Assembly: GCF_000315625.1 (NCBI RefSeq)
Contig: NW_005434671.1
Coordinates: 414,078-478,077, forward strand
From: Guillardia theta CCMP2712
Lineage: Eukaryota > Protista > Cryptophyta
DNA: 64,000 bases
Direction of reading: 5' to 3'
The notes below the pieces were generated by a model. That model ran no database searches. It was not told the DNA's origin and saw nothing but the letters and a program-made list of their open reading frames with translations. Position numbers and translations under genes: made by a program. Positions 22,261 to 33,889 of this stretch are shown here, one piece after another; position 1 is the first letter of the stretch, and every line of letters starts with the position of its first letter.

Positions 22261-23281
22261 TCGGATCAGTTAACCAGGGTGGTTCTCATAGTAGTTTTAG
22301 TCAAATTCAAGCGGCAAGAGAAAATTGAGCTAAAAATGTTGGCTCCGTCAATTTATGTACCTTTTTCGTTGCCAGGGGCTGCCGGGCCATCCAAGACAAG
22401 AAGGGCGATGTTGAGCAAAACCTTCCTCTATTTGATATGAATAGGCGTGTATAGTTGACTAAATAATCATGAGGAGGCTCGGGGTAGGTATTCAAATGAT
22501 TTGAATCTTTCCAACGGCCTCCAGCCCGTGTTGAGGGGTAGGGGGTAGTGCAAACTTCTCGTATCAATCTAAAACACTTGTAAACGACCTCACACTTGCC
22601 CCGGTCTCTTCCCTATCCCACTACTCCCAATGTACTCAGGGACTGTTTGCTCAGCTGCTGAGCGCAGTCAAGGACCATGGCCCCTCAATGCTAACTCCTG
22701 AAACTGCCAGGCAAGTACTGAGATCAAACAGCTCAATTCTTGGCTGAGAATCACACCTATAGTAGGTTGAATGTGTAAGGTATGCATCTCATCGAAATTT
22801 GCACTTGCGTACCAAAGCACTCATCAGCTATAGGTGATGGTTGTTCACTTCCAGAAGAAGGGAAACATGAAGGGAACCGATCAGAGAAGCAACCTTCGAA
22901 GACATGAAGGAAATTCGATTCTCCTTGTTGTGTTGACGCCCTAGCTTCCTTTACCTGAATGCTTCGTCGGTTGAATAAGAAACATATTTCAAGAGACTTC
23001 CTGTTGCTTTGCCATGATTGCGTTTTTTGAGGCTTCTCCCAACCTATTGTAATATGGCGGTGTCATTTGTGAGGAGGTGAGGAGTTTGAGAGGCTGGGGG
23101 AAGGAGAGGGGAGGGGTTGGAAGGGAAATGGACGCCTGGGAGGCCAGGCTAGTTGACATGCCTGATCGCTGCGAGAGGAGATGCCGGAGGAGAGACCGTG
23201 TTTACTCAAGACCACTAGCGAGGAAGGCAGGAGGGCGAGGAGGACATGAGAGGAGAGGAAGGAGAAACGGGTAGAGACGGT

Positions 23282-24220
23282 TTACTTGACAGCACTAATG
23301 AGGAAGGGATGCTTCAGAGCCTCCAGTGCTGTAATCCTCGTGCGGGGATCGATGTTGAGGCAGCAGTTGAGGAAGTCCCAGATCGCATGTTTCTCATCCA
23401 CCTCCAGCCAGTCCTTGCATCCCGCATGCGCGCCCAGGGAGCTTGACAAGGTCCGCCATGTTTGCTTGAAACCGCGGGCATAGCTGAGATGCAGTTCCAA
23501 TGGTGGAATCTGAATGACATCAAGTTAGCAACCTCAGGCCTCCCGCCACCATATCACCCTCATCCTCATCCTCTTGATACAACAACGCCGACGACAACAA
23601 TTTTACCTTAACGTCGAGGAGCTTCCACACAGCATCCATGCTCTTGATGTACATGCGCAAGCTGCTCAGACAGTCAGACAAGCGCACTTCCAAGGTACAC
23701 AAAGAGCGTACCCGTAGATCTCCATCGTTGCCGTGACTATGTCGTTATACTGGAACCATTGGAACTGTGTCGTGCGGCACAGCAGGGTAAGCAGTACTAC
23801 CCCAGCAGCCCACACGTCCACTGCTGTGGTCTGGCACTGCATGCCCATGAGCACTTCGGGCGCTCGGTATCCCCGAGTTCCCGCGCGTTTGACTGGACGT
23901 TCGAATTTGACCCCTGAGTTCCTCACTGTCACCGATGCGTTCGTCTTGCTGACGCCCAACATGATCCGCCTCTTCGCCATCTGCTGCGCCATCTCTAGCT
24001 TCTCCTGCTCCTTTTGATTCCGCGAGGAGCGAGAGCTGGCCGTAGAAACCTCACAGGGCAAGATGTTGCCGATGCTGCGGCCTGATGACTGCATTTGTTT
24101 CTCTGCCAGCCCAAAGTCCACAAGCAAGTACTTCTTATTCCTTCTGTCGTAGAGGAAGTTATTCAATTTCACGTCTCGATGTATAATAAATGTATAATGT
24201 ATAAGACAGTTCTTGCTCAA
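23282..24220 (-). pseudogene. CDC7: CDC7 kinase, C-lobe only (5'-truncated)
   Basis: IIHRDVKLNNFLY....KYLLVDFGLA, kinase insert, RAGTRGYRAPEVL, TTAVDVWAAGV, RITALEALKHPF. No GxGxxG or VAxK exon is visible upstream. Confidence 0.7.
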
Positions 24221-24339
24221 GACCGAGTTTAACTAAGTAATGCACACTGTGACACGAAACCACTGAGAATTGAGGCCCAGCACTGCACATGAGAGACTCC
24301 CGACAGTATGCTAGAATATGAAACTCAGTCAAGCATCAT

Positions 24340-25010
24340 TGCAACGCCGCCGCTGTTCCGATGACACGGACCGGGTACGGCCCGGTACCGCCGGGCATTG
24401 CCGCCGCGTGGGGCCGCCGCCTGGCTCGGAACTTGACTCTCAACGTGACCGTTCAACGGTTGACTCACCGGCTACGGTACCCGGTAGCCTTGAAGCCTCA
24501 GAGGTCCCGGGGAGTCCGGCTCGCCCGGCCGGGCAGCGCCGTCGGACCTTCAACCGAGTTTTCAGCCTGTGTTCAATTAACGGGAGTCAGCGGGGCTATC
24601 TGATCGGACTGGCCGCATGGCTGGCATGCTGCCACTCGGATCCCGGCATTAATCAGCAGTCGGCCGACGGTGACGGCGCCGTCTCACTGAGCCTCCGCCG
24701 GGCGGCGGCCGCGGCGGCCGGGCGCCGGAGCCCGAGCCTGGCAGTCACTCAGCGGCTGAGTGCCGCGCCAGCCCGGCGCTGACCGGACTCAGTGACTCGG
24801 CCTTGGAACCGTCACGGTGCCTGCTTGCCAGCGCCGGGGCGGCCCCGGTACTACGCCGGGTAGCCTGAGTCACCGGGTGTCAGACACAACTTGAACAGTC
24901 GGAGGTCAACATAACTTAACATAACATGGCATGCCAGGCTTCTGAGTCGGAACTTGGAACACTCAGTGCGCCGCCCGAAACTTTCAAATGATTCAGGGCC
25001 GGGCGGCCAC
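24340..25010. other. GC/CCGG-rich non-coding island 3
   Basis: Same word composition as islands 1 and 2; runs into the hairpin array. Confidence 0.7.
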
Positions 25011-25036
25011 AAAAAATATTTCACTGTGGAACCGTG

Positions 25037-26213
25037 AACTTGAAAATTGAGGGGGTGTTCGGCCTGAAATCTTTGTGCCAGTGTCACGCTCCTCCAAGTT
25101 TCAAGTTGTTCCATATAGTTTGGAGCAAGTCCAACCTACATGGAACAACTTGAAAATTGAGGGGGTGTAAGAACTCGCCGCCGATAAGTTCTTGGAGACG
25201 GCGAGAACTTCCGAAGTTCAGGGTATTGCGTCTCATCGGTAGACGGGGGCGAACTTGAAGCTCAGCGACTCAGATGCAAGTGGGCTTTGACATAGGTCTG
25301 GAATTAGCAGTGAAAAGGGGGTGAGGAGGACACGTGTCCAGGGCGCTGCCACGGTGCATTCAAACCGGTACTTGGTCACTGGAGTCACGGTTGCAACTTC
25401 CGGGACTGAAGGGGAGGTGACTGCTGTGAATAAAGGAAGTGTTGGTGGTGTCAGTGTGTGGTTCTTCTGACTCGGAGCCTTCTATCATCATCAGTGAAGG
25501 TGTTAGAGACTGCACAGCTGTGTATCGTTGAGATGAATAAGGTTGGGGTAAGGATCTCAGGTGTACTGAGAGATAGTGTTTGCCGTGGATCTTGGGTTAA
25601 ATAGAGTATCTGGCCAGTGAGGTGGAGGTTGATTCGATTAGCCGGGGTGTTCGGCCTGACTCAATCATTGTGTGTCACGCTCCCGGAGTCCAAGTTTCAA
25701 GTTGTTCCATATAGTTTGGAGCAAGTCCAACCTACATTGAACAACTTGAAAATTGAGGGGGTGTTCGGCCTGAAATCATTGTGTGTCACGCTCCTGCGGC
25801 CTGAAATCATTGTGTGTCACGCTCCTCCAAGTTTCAAGTTGTTCCATATAGTTTGGAGCAAGTCCAACCTACATGGAACAACTTGAAAATTGAGGGGGTG
25901 TTCGGCCTGACTCAATCATTGTGTGTCACGCTCCCGGAGTCCAAGTTTCAAGTTGTTCCATATAGTTTGGAGCTAGTCCAACCTACATGGAACAACTTGA
26001 AAATTGAGGGGGTGTTCGGCCTGAAATCATTGTGTGTCACGCTCCTGCGGCCTGAAATCATTGTGTGTCACGCTCCTCCAAGTTTCAAGTTGTTCCATAT
26101 AGTTTGGAGCAAGTCCAACCTACATGGAACAACTTGAAAATTGAGGAGGTGTTCGGCCTGAAATCATTGTGTGTCACGCTCCTGCGGCCTGAAATCTTTG
26201 TGTGTCACGCTCC
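25037..26213. repeat. Tandem array of five palindromic (hairpin) units with 31-bp subrepeats
   Basis: Core TTTCAAGTTGTTCCATATAGTTTGGA-GCAAG-TCCAACCTACATGGAACAACTTGAAA at 25099, 25695, 25832, 25946 and 26083; spacing of the last four is 137/114/137. Confidence 0.95.
25169..25643. mobile_element. 475-bp non-coding segment inside the array flanked by GGGGTGT direct repeats (insertion with TSD, or LTR-like)
   Basis: GGGGTGT at 25162-25168 and 25644-25650; removing the segment restores the regular unit junction. The left junction reads TTGAGGGGG-TGTAAG, resembling PPT + LTR start. Confidence 0.6.
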
Positions 26214-26299
26214 CATCGCAAGTCAGCTTTGATGGCCATTATGGCCTTCACAGGCGTGGCTGGCCCTCCGAAGCTCAATCATGATGCATCGCCAATACG

Positions 26300-28210
26300 A
26301 TATCAAATATCAAAATGAAAAATATCAATGTTGAAAGTTTCCCGCCACTGTGAACTCTGCGAAGCCGTACAGATATGAGGATGTGCAGCGTTTGACAGAG
26401 CAAGACAAGTCAGGTGAGCATTATCTCTTTTTTTCATCGAAATTATCACGGGAAGAGATCCAAATGACGTGTTCTTGATGCAGGTTGGAATGATTTGCAG
26501 CCTTTGGCAACTTGTATGAGATTGATGAACGGGTGAAGACTTTGGCAAGTGCCCAACCAATATTACAAACCGGTATCCAGGAGTACGTAGACGTACCAGT
26601 AAGCCGCCCAGCATACAAAACTCTCGAGACAATGGCTGCATACGAAGGGGGTTTCGACACATCGCAGAACTGTCCCGATGTGAAAAGGTTGTGACATGAA
26701 ATGGGCACAAACAAAGATAAGTTCAGGACTCGGGAGTCGATCAGGTCTAGGCAAAATATTGACATGGTCATCTCACTGCATGGAAGAACATGCAAAACTG
26801 AAGGAAAAGCTCAACGGAAAGTTCTAAATGAACAGATACAGCGCATTTTAGCAGTCACGGTCGGAGCAGCTCGATGCTTGAAACAAAGATGATCCTCAGT
26901 ACAATCGAATGATGACAAGTAAGTCCCGTGGTTCGTGAAGGATTCTTCATCCAATTCTTAAGGATGTGTTGGAACGATGAAACATTTTGCAAATCACCAA
27001 TTTCATCACACTGACTGATGCATCATGTAAATATTACTGGTGTGAACTTGCATCAGATTCTGTTCATCGGATGAGCCGCTACCAAGCAGTTGATGTCACA
27101 GCAAACAAGAGAGCCGTTTTGAAGATGTTGATATTCCTGACCGTAGAGCATTCAAGATGTGGCCACATGTCACATGCTTCTTGGTTAACGCAGATACACC
27201 CTCGCCAGGCAAAAGATGGAACGTCTTCAGGATTACAGGGAGGTCGGTTGTGCTTGTACCCTGATTGTAACTCTTCTAATAAAGATATGATAACCTGAAT
27301 GTGCAATTCTGTTTGTTGATTCACAGTGTTTGCGACTCGATTGCAATCATCGAGTGCTTGCTCTGTTGAACAAGGCACTCCTCTGTAGAGCCATGCGACA
27401 AGAACACTACAGTTGCACGGTAGCATTGCGACACCAAGACAGGATTGATCCGATGAACGTCTCATTTATTGATACGCAAAGGCATCATCTGCACATTGCT
27501 TCATTTCTGACTAGGTTTCTGTGCAATCGAAATCCTTGTGAAAATATCATGACAAAGGAAAAATTTGAAGCGAAACGGAAAAATCATCGAAATATGATCA
27601 TAGATATAGTGATTCATGATCAACAACGGTTCTCTACAGTCATCTATGCGGGCAGGAACAGTCATCTTCTGTGCAAACGTCTCTTCATGTATCGTTGAAC
27701 GGTTGAGTGCATGTAAGACTTGCCTCCATAGAAAGGTGAAGTGCATGAATCCTGACTGTAAGACTAGAAGAATTGAAAGCAAGTGATGACATGAGAACAC
27801 ATATCTAGACAGAAAAGTCGCTCAAGGTACAGCTGGATACAAATTTCTCACAAATCACAGTCATGCATTTGAGCGCAACGTGCAACCTACGGCAATTTGA
27901 ATAAAGGGTCAATCAGAGTTGATTCTGTTCAATGGTGTATCGATTATCAATTCCTTACCTGATCATAAAAATTTCATCTTGTCTTCGAAGAATATTTGCA
28001 AGTACACCCGCGGATTGTTTGAACCTAGGGTGCATATTCCATTGCAGGATGGATGATTCAAACCTTGGCCCAACCTGTAGAGTTGAGAAAGAAGCTCGAT
28101 CATCTCTTACAGGTATGATATGAGATCTTCATCTCATTTCTATCTCAGTTGGGTTGGATTCGAAGTCTCTCAATATCAAAGTTCATCCTGGTGAGTCAGG
28201 AAGGCACCAT
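26300..28210 (-). CDS. Orphan multi-exon gene or degenerate gene of unknown function
   Basis: Several GT-AG-bounded open segments (e.g. VGPRFESSILQWNMHPRF.., ORF 27079-27465); no recognisable domain. Confidence 0.3.
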
Positions 28211-28882
28211 TTCATCGCTTCTTGCTCGTCCAGGGAGAGGGGGCTTGGGGAATGAGAAATGGGTGTTACCCCCACCCCCTATTGTAGAGTTTCAAACTCG
28301 TTCAAAGGTGGGTAGTTGAGGGTGCTCCATACCCACCCCACCACCCAAAATGACTCAAACGGAGGGGTTCTCGGATCCGAAGGAGTCCCGCCTCGATCAC
28401 CCCCTCTCATTTGAATTCAAGATGGTTCAGGCCGACCCCACATACAGGCTTGCAGTTTTCTTATGTATGCCCATATGATTTGATCGGACAGGCCCCAGGT
28501 TCAAGGGATGAAGCAATTCACCAGCATGCTTGAAGATTTTTCATGGGAGTGGGGTTATACTTGTACCGGATGTGTACAATACATAGGGGAGAACCCCGAA
28601 TGGTACCAAAAGAGTACCAAAGTCACATGGTTCGGACTGTACTAACTGGTACCAAGAAATTGTACTCAAGAAGACCCTACCCCTGAAAAAGTTCTGCTTG
28701 GCTCTTCGTGATTTGAATTCGGAACACGGTCGGAAGACCCACCCCGCCCCCACATGAGGCGTGGTATGCGTGGATTTGAATCTACCACCCTCACCGCGAA
28801 ACGTTTTAGAGCTCCAAGGTCAATTGAGAAAGGCAACGCTATGACTCGAGCCTGAAGGCCGGCGCGGAGCCTGTGACTGCTT

Positions 28883-28926
28883 TCCTGATTGTCCTCGTAC
28901 TGATTTTTAACTTAAGTTTGAGTAAA
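28883..28926 (-). repeat. Dispersed motif copy 4 (full length)
   Basis: + strand TCCTGATTGTCCTCGTACTGATTTTTAACTTAAGTTTGAGTAAA. Confidence 0.85.
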
Positions 28927-29467
28927 AGTCACGGCTCCCGACCGTACCAAGTTCAGTTAGGTGTAAATGGGGCTACGTGGCATGTCCCCGAGCCTAGTCG
29001 ACCGGTCGCAATTCCGGTAGTAATGATGGAGCTCCGTAGGAGAAGTCCGAAGGGCCTTGGAGAACCCGAGAGGTTGTTGCAGTGACAAGGAGGGGTGGTC
29101 TAGCACGATGAAGGGGTCAGCCAATGGCAATGGCTCCAAAGAGTTTGTTTTCAAGATTCAACAACTCACTCACTCACACTCTAGAGTCGTACCTGCCGCT
29201 CCCTCAACTTTTACAGAAGTAACCCACCCCAGTAGCTTCACCCGCCCCCCTTCACTGGCTGCTCCTGCCTCTACTCCTCTACGCTCTCCGGGCTAAAGCC
29301 TCTTTCCTAATCGTAGATCTTATCTCTAGTCGACTTTGCTACACCTTAGTCAGACTGCAACAAGCACAACATTGTTGTTTATCTGCCGTTTCTCTCCCCA
29401 GGATCCAGAGATCCTTCTCAATCAGCACATCCATCCCTCGCCCGCCCTGCACACCTTCAGTTCCCAT

Positions 29468-29967
29468 ATGAGCTCCCTGACGCCCTTCCGACACCGACGG
29501 AATAAGAAAACGGCGGAGCTCACCCAGGACTTCCTTGAAAGTCTTTTTGTCCTCCGGCAGCAGGATGCTGCTCAGATGCTGGTGAGTCGCTCCGTCCTCT
29601 CCTTTCCCGACTGATTTAGAAACGCGAGCAGGGCTTTTCCATCACCACAATGAAGCACCTGTGCCGACGACTAGGCATCCGCAAGTGGCCGTACTCGCGC
29701 GGGCGACCAAGGGAGCTCGAAGCGGAGGGTACGAAGTCCGTGCTGATCAGCCCGCGTGAGACCCGTGTCATCCCCCAGCAACCGCAACAAACAGTTGGCG
29801 AAGACTGCGCGCTCGGGGATCAGGGCGAAGAGGAAGGATTCTTTCAGCAGGTCGAGCAGGAGGGCGAGCGGTATTGGATAAGCAGGACTAGCGATGACAT
29901 GGAAGGTCTCTTTCGAGAGGCGCTTGACCACGTACAAGGCAAGAGTAAGGGGGACAGGCGGAGTTGA
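29468..29967 (+). CDS. Small RWP-RK domain transcription factor, 2 exons
   Basis: Removing intron 29582-29631 gives LTQDFLESLFVLRQQDAAQML|GFSITTMKHLCRRLGIRKWPYSR. Confidence 0.88.
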
Positions 29968-30899
29968 AGCGATGGTTGCTACTCACAAGGTCTACCCCTG
30001 TGACTTGTTGCAGGTGAATGTGCAGTAGAATACATTTTGATCAGAAATAATGAACAAGATTTTGAATGCTAAATACTTGCATCTACATCTCACTTTTAGC
30101 TTCTCTTTCAATGTAAGCTTGCTATGACTTCATCTACAACTGAATTCCACGTTGCCCTCAAACAAAATGTTCCGTGGCCTTGTCTGTGAGGCTGTATTTA
30201 CCAAGGCCGTTCACAAGGCGAGCAGGAGACTGCAACTGGCGGTCTAATGGCAAGTAGAGCAGTTCTGTCGGTACTGACTTTCAGGCGCACGGGGCAACCT
30301 GACGATCACGAAGGAAGTGATCTGGACCTCGATCTGCTTCGCCCTGTAACCATTTGCGGCACAACAAGGCAGGGGAAACCTTCAGAGAAAGTGAAGCTGA
30401 AGGTGATTGCGAACTCTTCAGCATTCAACCTCTGATTCATAATCTCTTATCAAAATGCACTCGGCTGCATTCAATTCATCGCTGATTGCAGAGATGGAAA
30501 CGTCGAGTCATGTCTGACTTGGGCTGACAAGTGAATCGGACGTTGTTGTGCAGGACGGAGATGTCTTGTCAACATGAGCGAGTACGTGACCTGTCGCTGA
30601 GGGTTCTACAATCAGCCGGCGGGCCGGGCGAGCCTCTGAGTCGGCGCGAGCGGCGAACTGACTTTGAGAGTCAGAAAAGCTTAGCCTTGTGCCAAGTTGA
30701 AACGGATCTGTTGGTATACCCTTTCTTCCTTCGCTTGTTCCGATTTGCCTTTTCCATCTCAAGAAAATAAAGATATCAATTTCGCAAACTACTCGTTACT
30801 CGGACTGATGACGCTGCACGGCAGTGTCAAGCCTTCAGGCCAGCCTGACCGAGGCTGGGCAAGGCTTCAAGTTGACTGCCTGACCTGGGCCGCAATTCT

Positions 30900-31660
30900 T
30901 CACGTTGCTGCCAAGTTGGCCTCGGTCTCTCCAGCTCTTCATTTTTGTCCCCACTGGAGTTTGCCTTCTTCAAGCGTCAGCTTCCATATCAGGAGGGCGG
31001 GGATGGTTTCACACCCCAAGCAGGGGTTAGTCTATCTGCTTATTACATCGCCCTCCGTCAAGCGGACGAGCCGGATCTGGCCCTTCCTCTCCTACTAGCT
31101 TCCTTCCTGCGGGTGCGTCAGGCCCTGCTTGATCGTGGAGTGCTGCAATATTATATCACCTCGGTGACCTAGACAGCGCACGTCTGAGCAACGAGATCCA
31201 TCGCCTGCTCTCTTTCAACTCGCTGGTTCAGGCAGCTCTTCGCCGGGCCTGTCATGGCACTTACACAGTGGAGCTCTATCCCCCGAGTCAGCGAGTCAGT
31301 CTTCTAGCCCGTTCCCTTCGAACCCTCAGCGGCTCCTGCAAGACTCTCTGCCTCCCACCTGTGATCGCTGTGCTACTACTTTAGACCCATCGGCGCCATC
31401 GCGCATGAGCAGTGTACTGTGGTTCTTCGTGACGATGCCAGCGAAGTTCTTGGCAACATCTGCGCTGGCATCGTCACGAAGCTTCATCAGGAGGGTCTCC
31501 AACACCCGGACGCATGTCCACATGGGCGACCTCTGGCTCCCTGCCCTTTCCACCGCCACCTGGAATTCCGGTCCCACCCAAAAGAAGATTTCGGATCATC
31601 GCACAAGCTATGCCGCCCATCTCCCGCCGCAGGGAAGCCTTTCTTCGCTTCGCTGCAGGT
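30900..31660 (+). mobile_element. Degenerate CRE-like (RLE-type) non-LTR retrotransposon fragment, copy A
   Basis: Frameshifted motifs QLPYQEGGDG..SAY (RT thumb-like LP...GG.G), CDRC..LDP..H..C..RDD (Zn knuckle-like) and HMGDLWLP..KISDHR.SY (RLE-like). Shares DNA blocks with copy B. Confidence 0.6.
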
Positions 31661-31765
31661 AGATGGTCTGCTTCAGGTAGATGGTCTTCTTGAGGTAGGT
31701 GGTCTTCTTCAGGTAGATGGTCTTCTTGAGGTAGGTGGTCTTCTTGAGGTAGGTGGTCCTCTTCC
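31656..31765. repeat. 18-bp minisatellite x~6 ([C/G]AGGTAG[A/G]TGGTCTTCTT)
   Basis: Direct reading; encodes (Q/E)EDHLP repeats on the - strand. Confidence 0.9.
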
Positions 31766-32209
31766 GTTCCATGCATAGATGCCTTGTCCTTATCAAAGAG
31801 CGGGGTACTGTACATGTACCAGATGACAGGGGCCGGGAAGCATCCGATCAAGCTTGAACCTCATTATCAAATCTTGAAGGCCTTGCGAGTCAAGAACACG
31901 ATTCTACCTGAACACCTTGAACGAAAGCGCTCCAGGAGACGAGCTCAAGACTTCAAGTTTCAGGTGCCAATACCAAAGGAGTTGGCAGAGTACAATCTCA
32001 CGCAGGATGCGATGGTACTGTCGAAGAGAGTCACAATGGAAAGTTTAAATAGAGGGAACCAATGCAAGCCGCCGCCGAACATGCTTGCTGAATTGACCTA
32101 GTCTCAAGCTCTTCCTTGGATTAATCTGTTTTGCAAGGTTGTCAATGCAAGGAACTTCCTCCTTCACCTAGCGATCAAGGAGAGCTGTCGTTTGCGAACG
32201 ACGGCTGTT

Positions 32210-32262
32210 GAGCATGAGGTATGAGCATGAGGCATGGGCATGAGGTTTGAGCATGAGGTATG
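32210..32262. repeat. 13-bp minisatellite x4 (GAGCATGAGGTAT-like)
   Basis: Direct reading. Confidence 0.8.
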
Positions 32263-32565
32263 CAAGAAAATCTCATGTGGGAACTGAAGGTGTGTAGGGC
32301 GGCCGAGGGATGGTTGTGCTGATTTAGAAGGATCTCTTGCTCCTGGGGAGGGAGGAAGGAGAGATGAAGGACATGATCCGGGGTTGTTCCCTACCGCCGC
32401 TCGCGTGGTTAGAGTGGAGGTTTTCAATGCCTCTTCCAGCTGACGACAATGCTTTCTCGCCCGTTTCTTCCCGTCTTCCTCCTCTCACTTGATCTCTTGG
32501 ACAGGTATATCTCATCGTTTTCGGAATGCTATCCTAGGCAGGAGGGAAAGCCTGACTGCCGAAAG

Positions 32566-33475
32566 ATGGATCCTCCTGCCAGCATCCCGTCGTTGACCAA
32601 CGCCTTGGAAAGCTTAATCTTGAGCAGATGTGTGAGTCTAGGCTGCACTCGACGAGTGTTGCTTAGAGTCGATGCCGGCATCAGACTTATCGCTCAAAGC
32701 GACATTTTGTTTGAATGTAGAATACGTGAGAAGGTTCGACGCTGTAGCGAAAGACGCGGGTAACGCGGTTATACAAACTTTCCCGGGAAAAAAGGAGGTT
32801 GCGCCTACGATCAGTCAAGTAGGTGCTGCAGCGTTCAACAGCACAAGACCAAGCACTAACGAAACCTTCCTTTATCAAACCATATCAAAGTATCAAGCTA
32901 ACATGTGGGTGATCGTGGAAGGGGAAACAGATCTTGCGACGATTTTAGGGTGTGGTTGACAAACCAGCTGAGGATGTCAGGGTGTTTGAAAAAGGCGCCT
33001 CATACCAAAACTTTCCGATCAAGGAGAGCGAATACATGTTTTTTGACATCATGGAGCAACCGTACAAAATCTTTGACAAGCTGTTCCAGATCAATCGGTT
33101 GTACAATGTGTTGTAGAAATGACATGATTGGCGAGGACACAAAGATTGTGGCGATGGGTTTGTTGATGAATGGAAAGAGAAACGACTTTGAGATGATCAG
33201 TCGATGAGTAGGCAAAGTTCTTTGATCTTGTCGCTTATCGGCGTCTTTTTGTCGCCGATGGTCGACACTATAACCACACCGCAAGTCTCAATGTACACTC
33301 CTTACAGGATTAGTTTTTGATTCTTTGCACAAGCTGAGAACGATGCTGACGCAAGGTTCAACAGTATTGACGCGCAGATCCTTGGCTTGACGGATGCTGA
33401 TTTGACTGTCCAGATGCATAGCGTGCTGAACTTTCTCAGCCCATTGCTGAAGAAGTCAAATCAAGTCTGACATAG
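32566..33475 (+). CDS. Orphan multi-exon gene or pseudogene
   Basis: Open segments (MDPPASIPSLTNALE.., 32672-32959, VFEKGASYQNFPIKESEYMFFDIM..) separated by short GT-AG-like gaps; no domain recognised. Confidence 0.35.
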
Positions 33476-33889
33476 AACGTTGCCTATCTCGGCCTCTTTG
33501 CCCGACGGTCAAAACCTGATGCGCCTTTGTCGAAAGTGGCTGGTTGGAGTCTGTTTTGAGCTTCTCACCTTTGAATAAAGTACCGAACTCATTGAAGCTG
33601 AATGAAAGACCGGGCTCGCAAGTCTGCTCACTGAAATACTCCGAGTGATGCCTTAGTTTTCCTTTCCAGGCGTCAGCTTGTCCTGTTGCTGCTCCGAGGC
33701 TGCCGCTCCTCATCCACTTTCAAGTTTTTGTTTCGGATCAAAGCAGATCAGAACATTCAAACGCTGAACACTGTCTTGTGATACTCAGCATGACGTTCAG
33801 TCTCAGCAGCCTATGCTCATAGTGTTACAGCTGATATACGTTGCAATCAATACCCATCAAAAGGTGTTTCAGCTACCAGCTATGGTGAA

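Noticed and set aside
22676-22895. U6 snRNA-like words (CATGGCCCCT; GGAACCGATCAGAGAAG)
   Set aside because: Wrong order and spacing, no intact ACAGAGA box or AGC triad; probably chance.
25617-26137. ORFs 25617-25886 and 25814-26137
   Set aside because: They are translations of the tandem repeat; unit lengths shift the frame and there is no ATG-led coding signature.
25037-26213. CRISPR array
   Set aside because: The sequence between palindromes is itself repeated rather than unique, the repeats are too long, there are no cas genes, and the context is eukaryotic.
28883-28926. 44-bp motif as a spliced-leader RNA gene
   Set aside because: The GT and U-rich tract are too close together and the tract lacks the Sm-site G; unsupported without transcript data.
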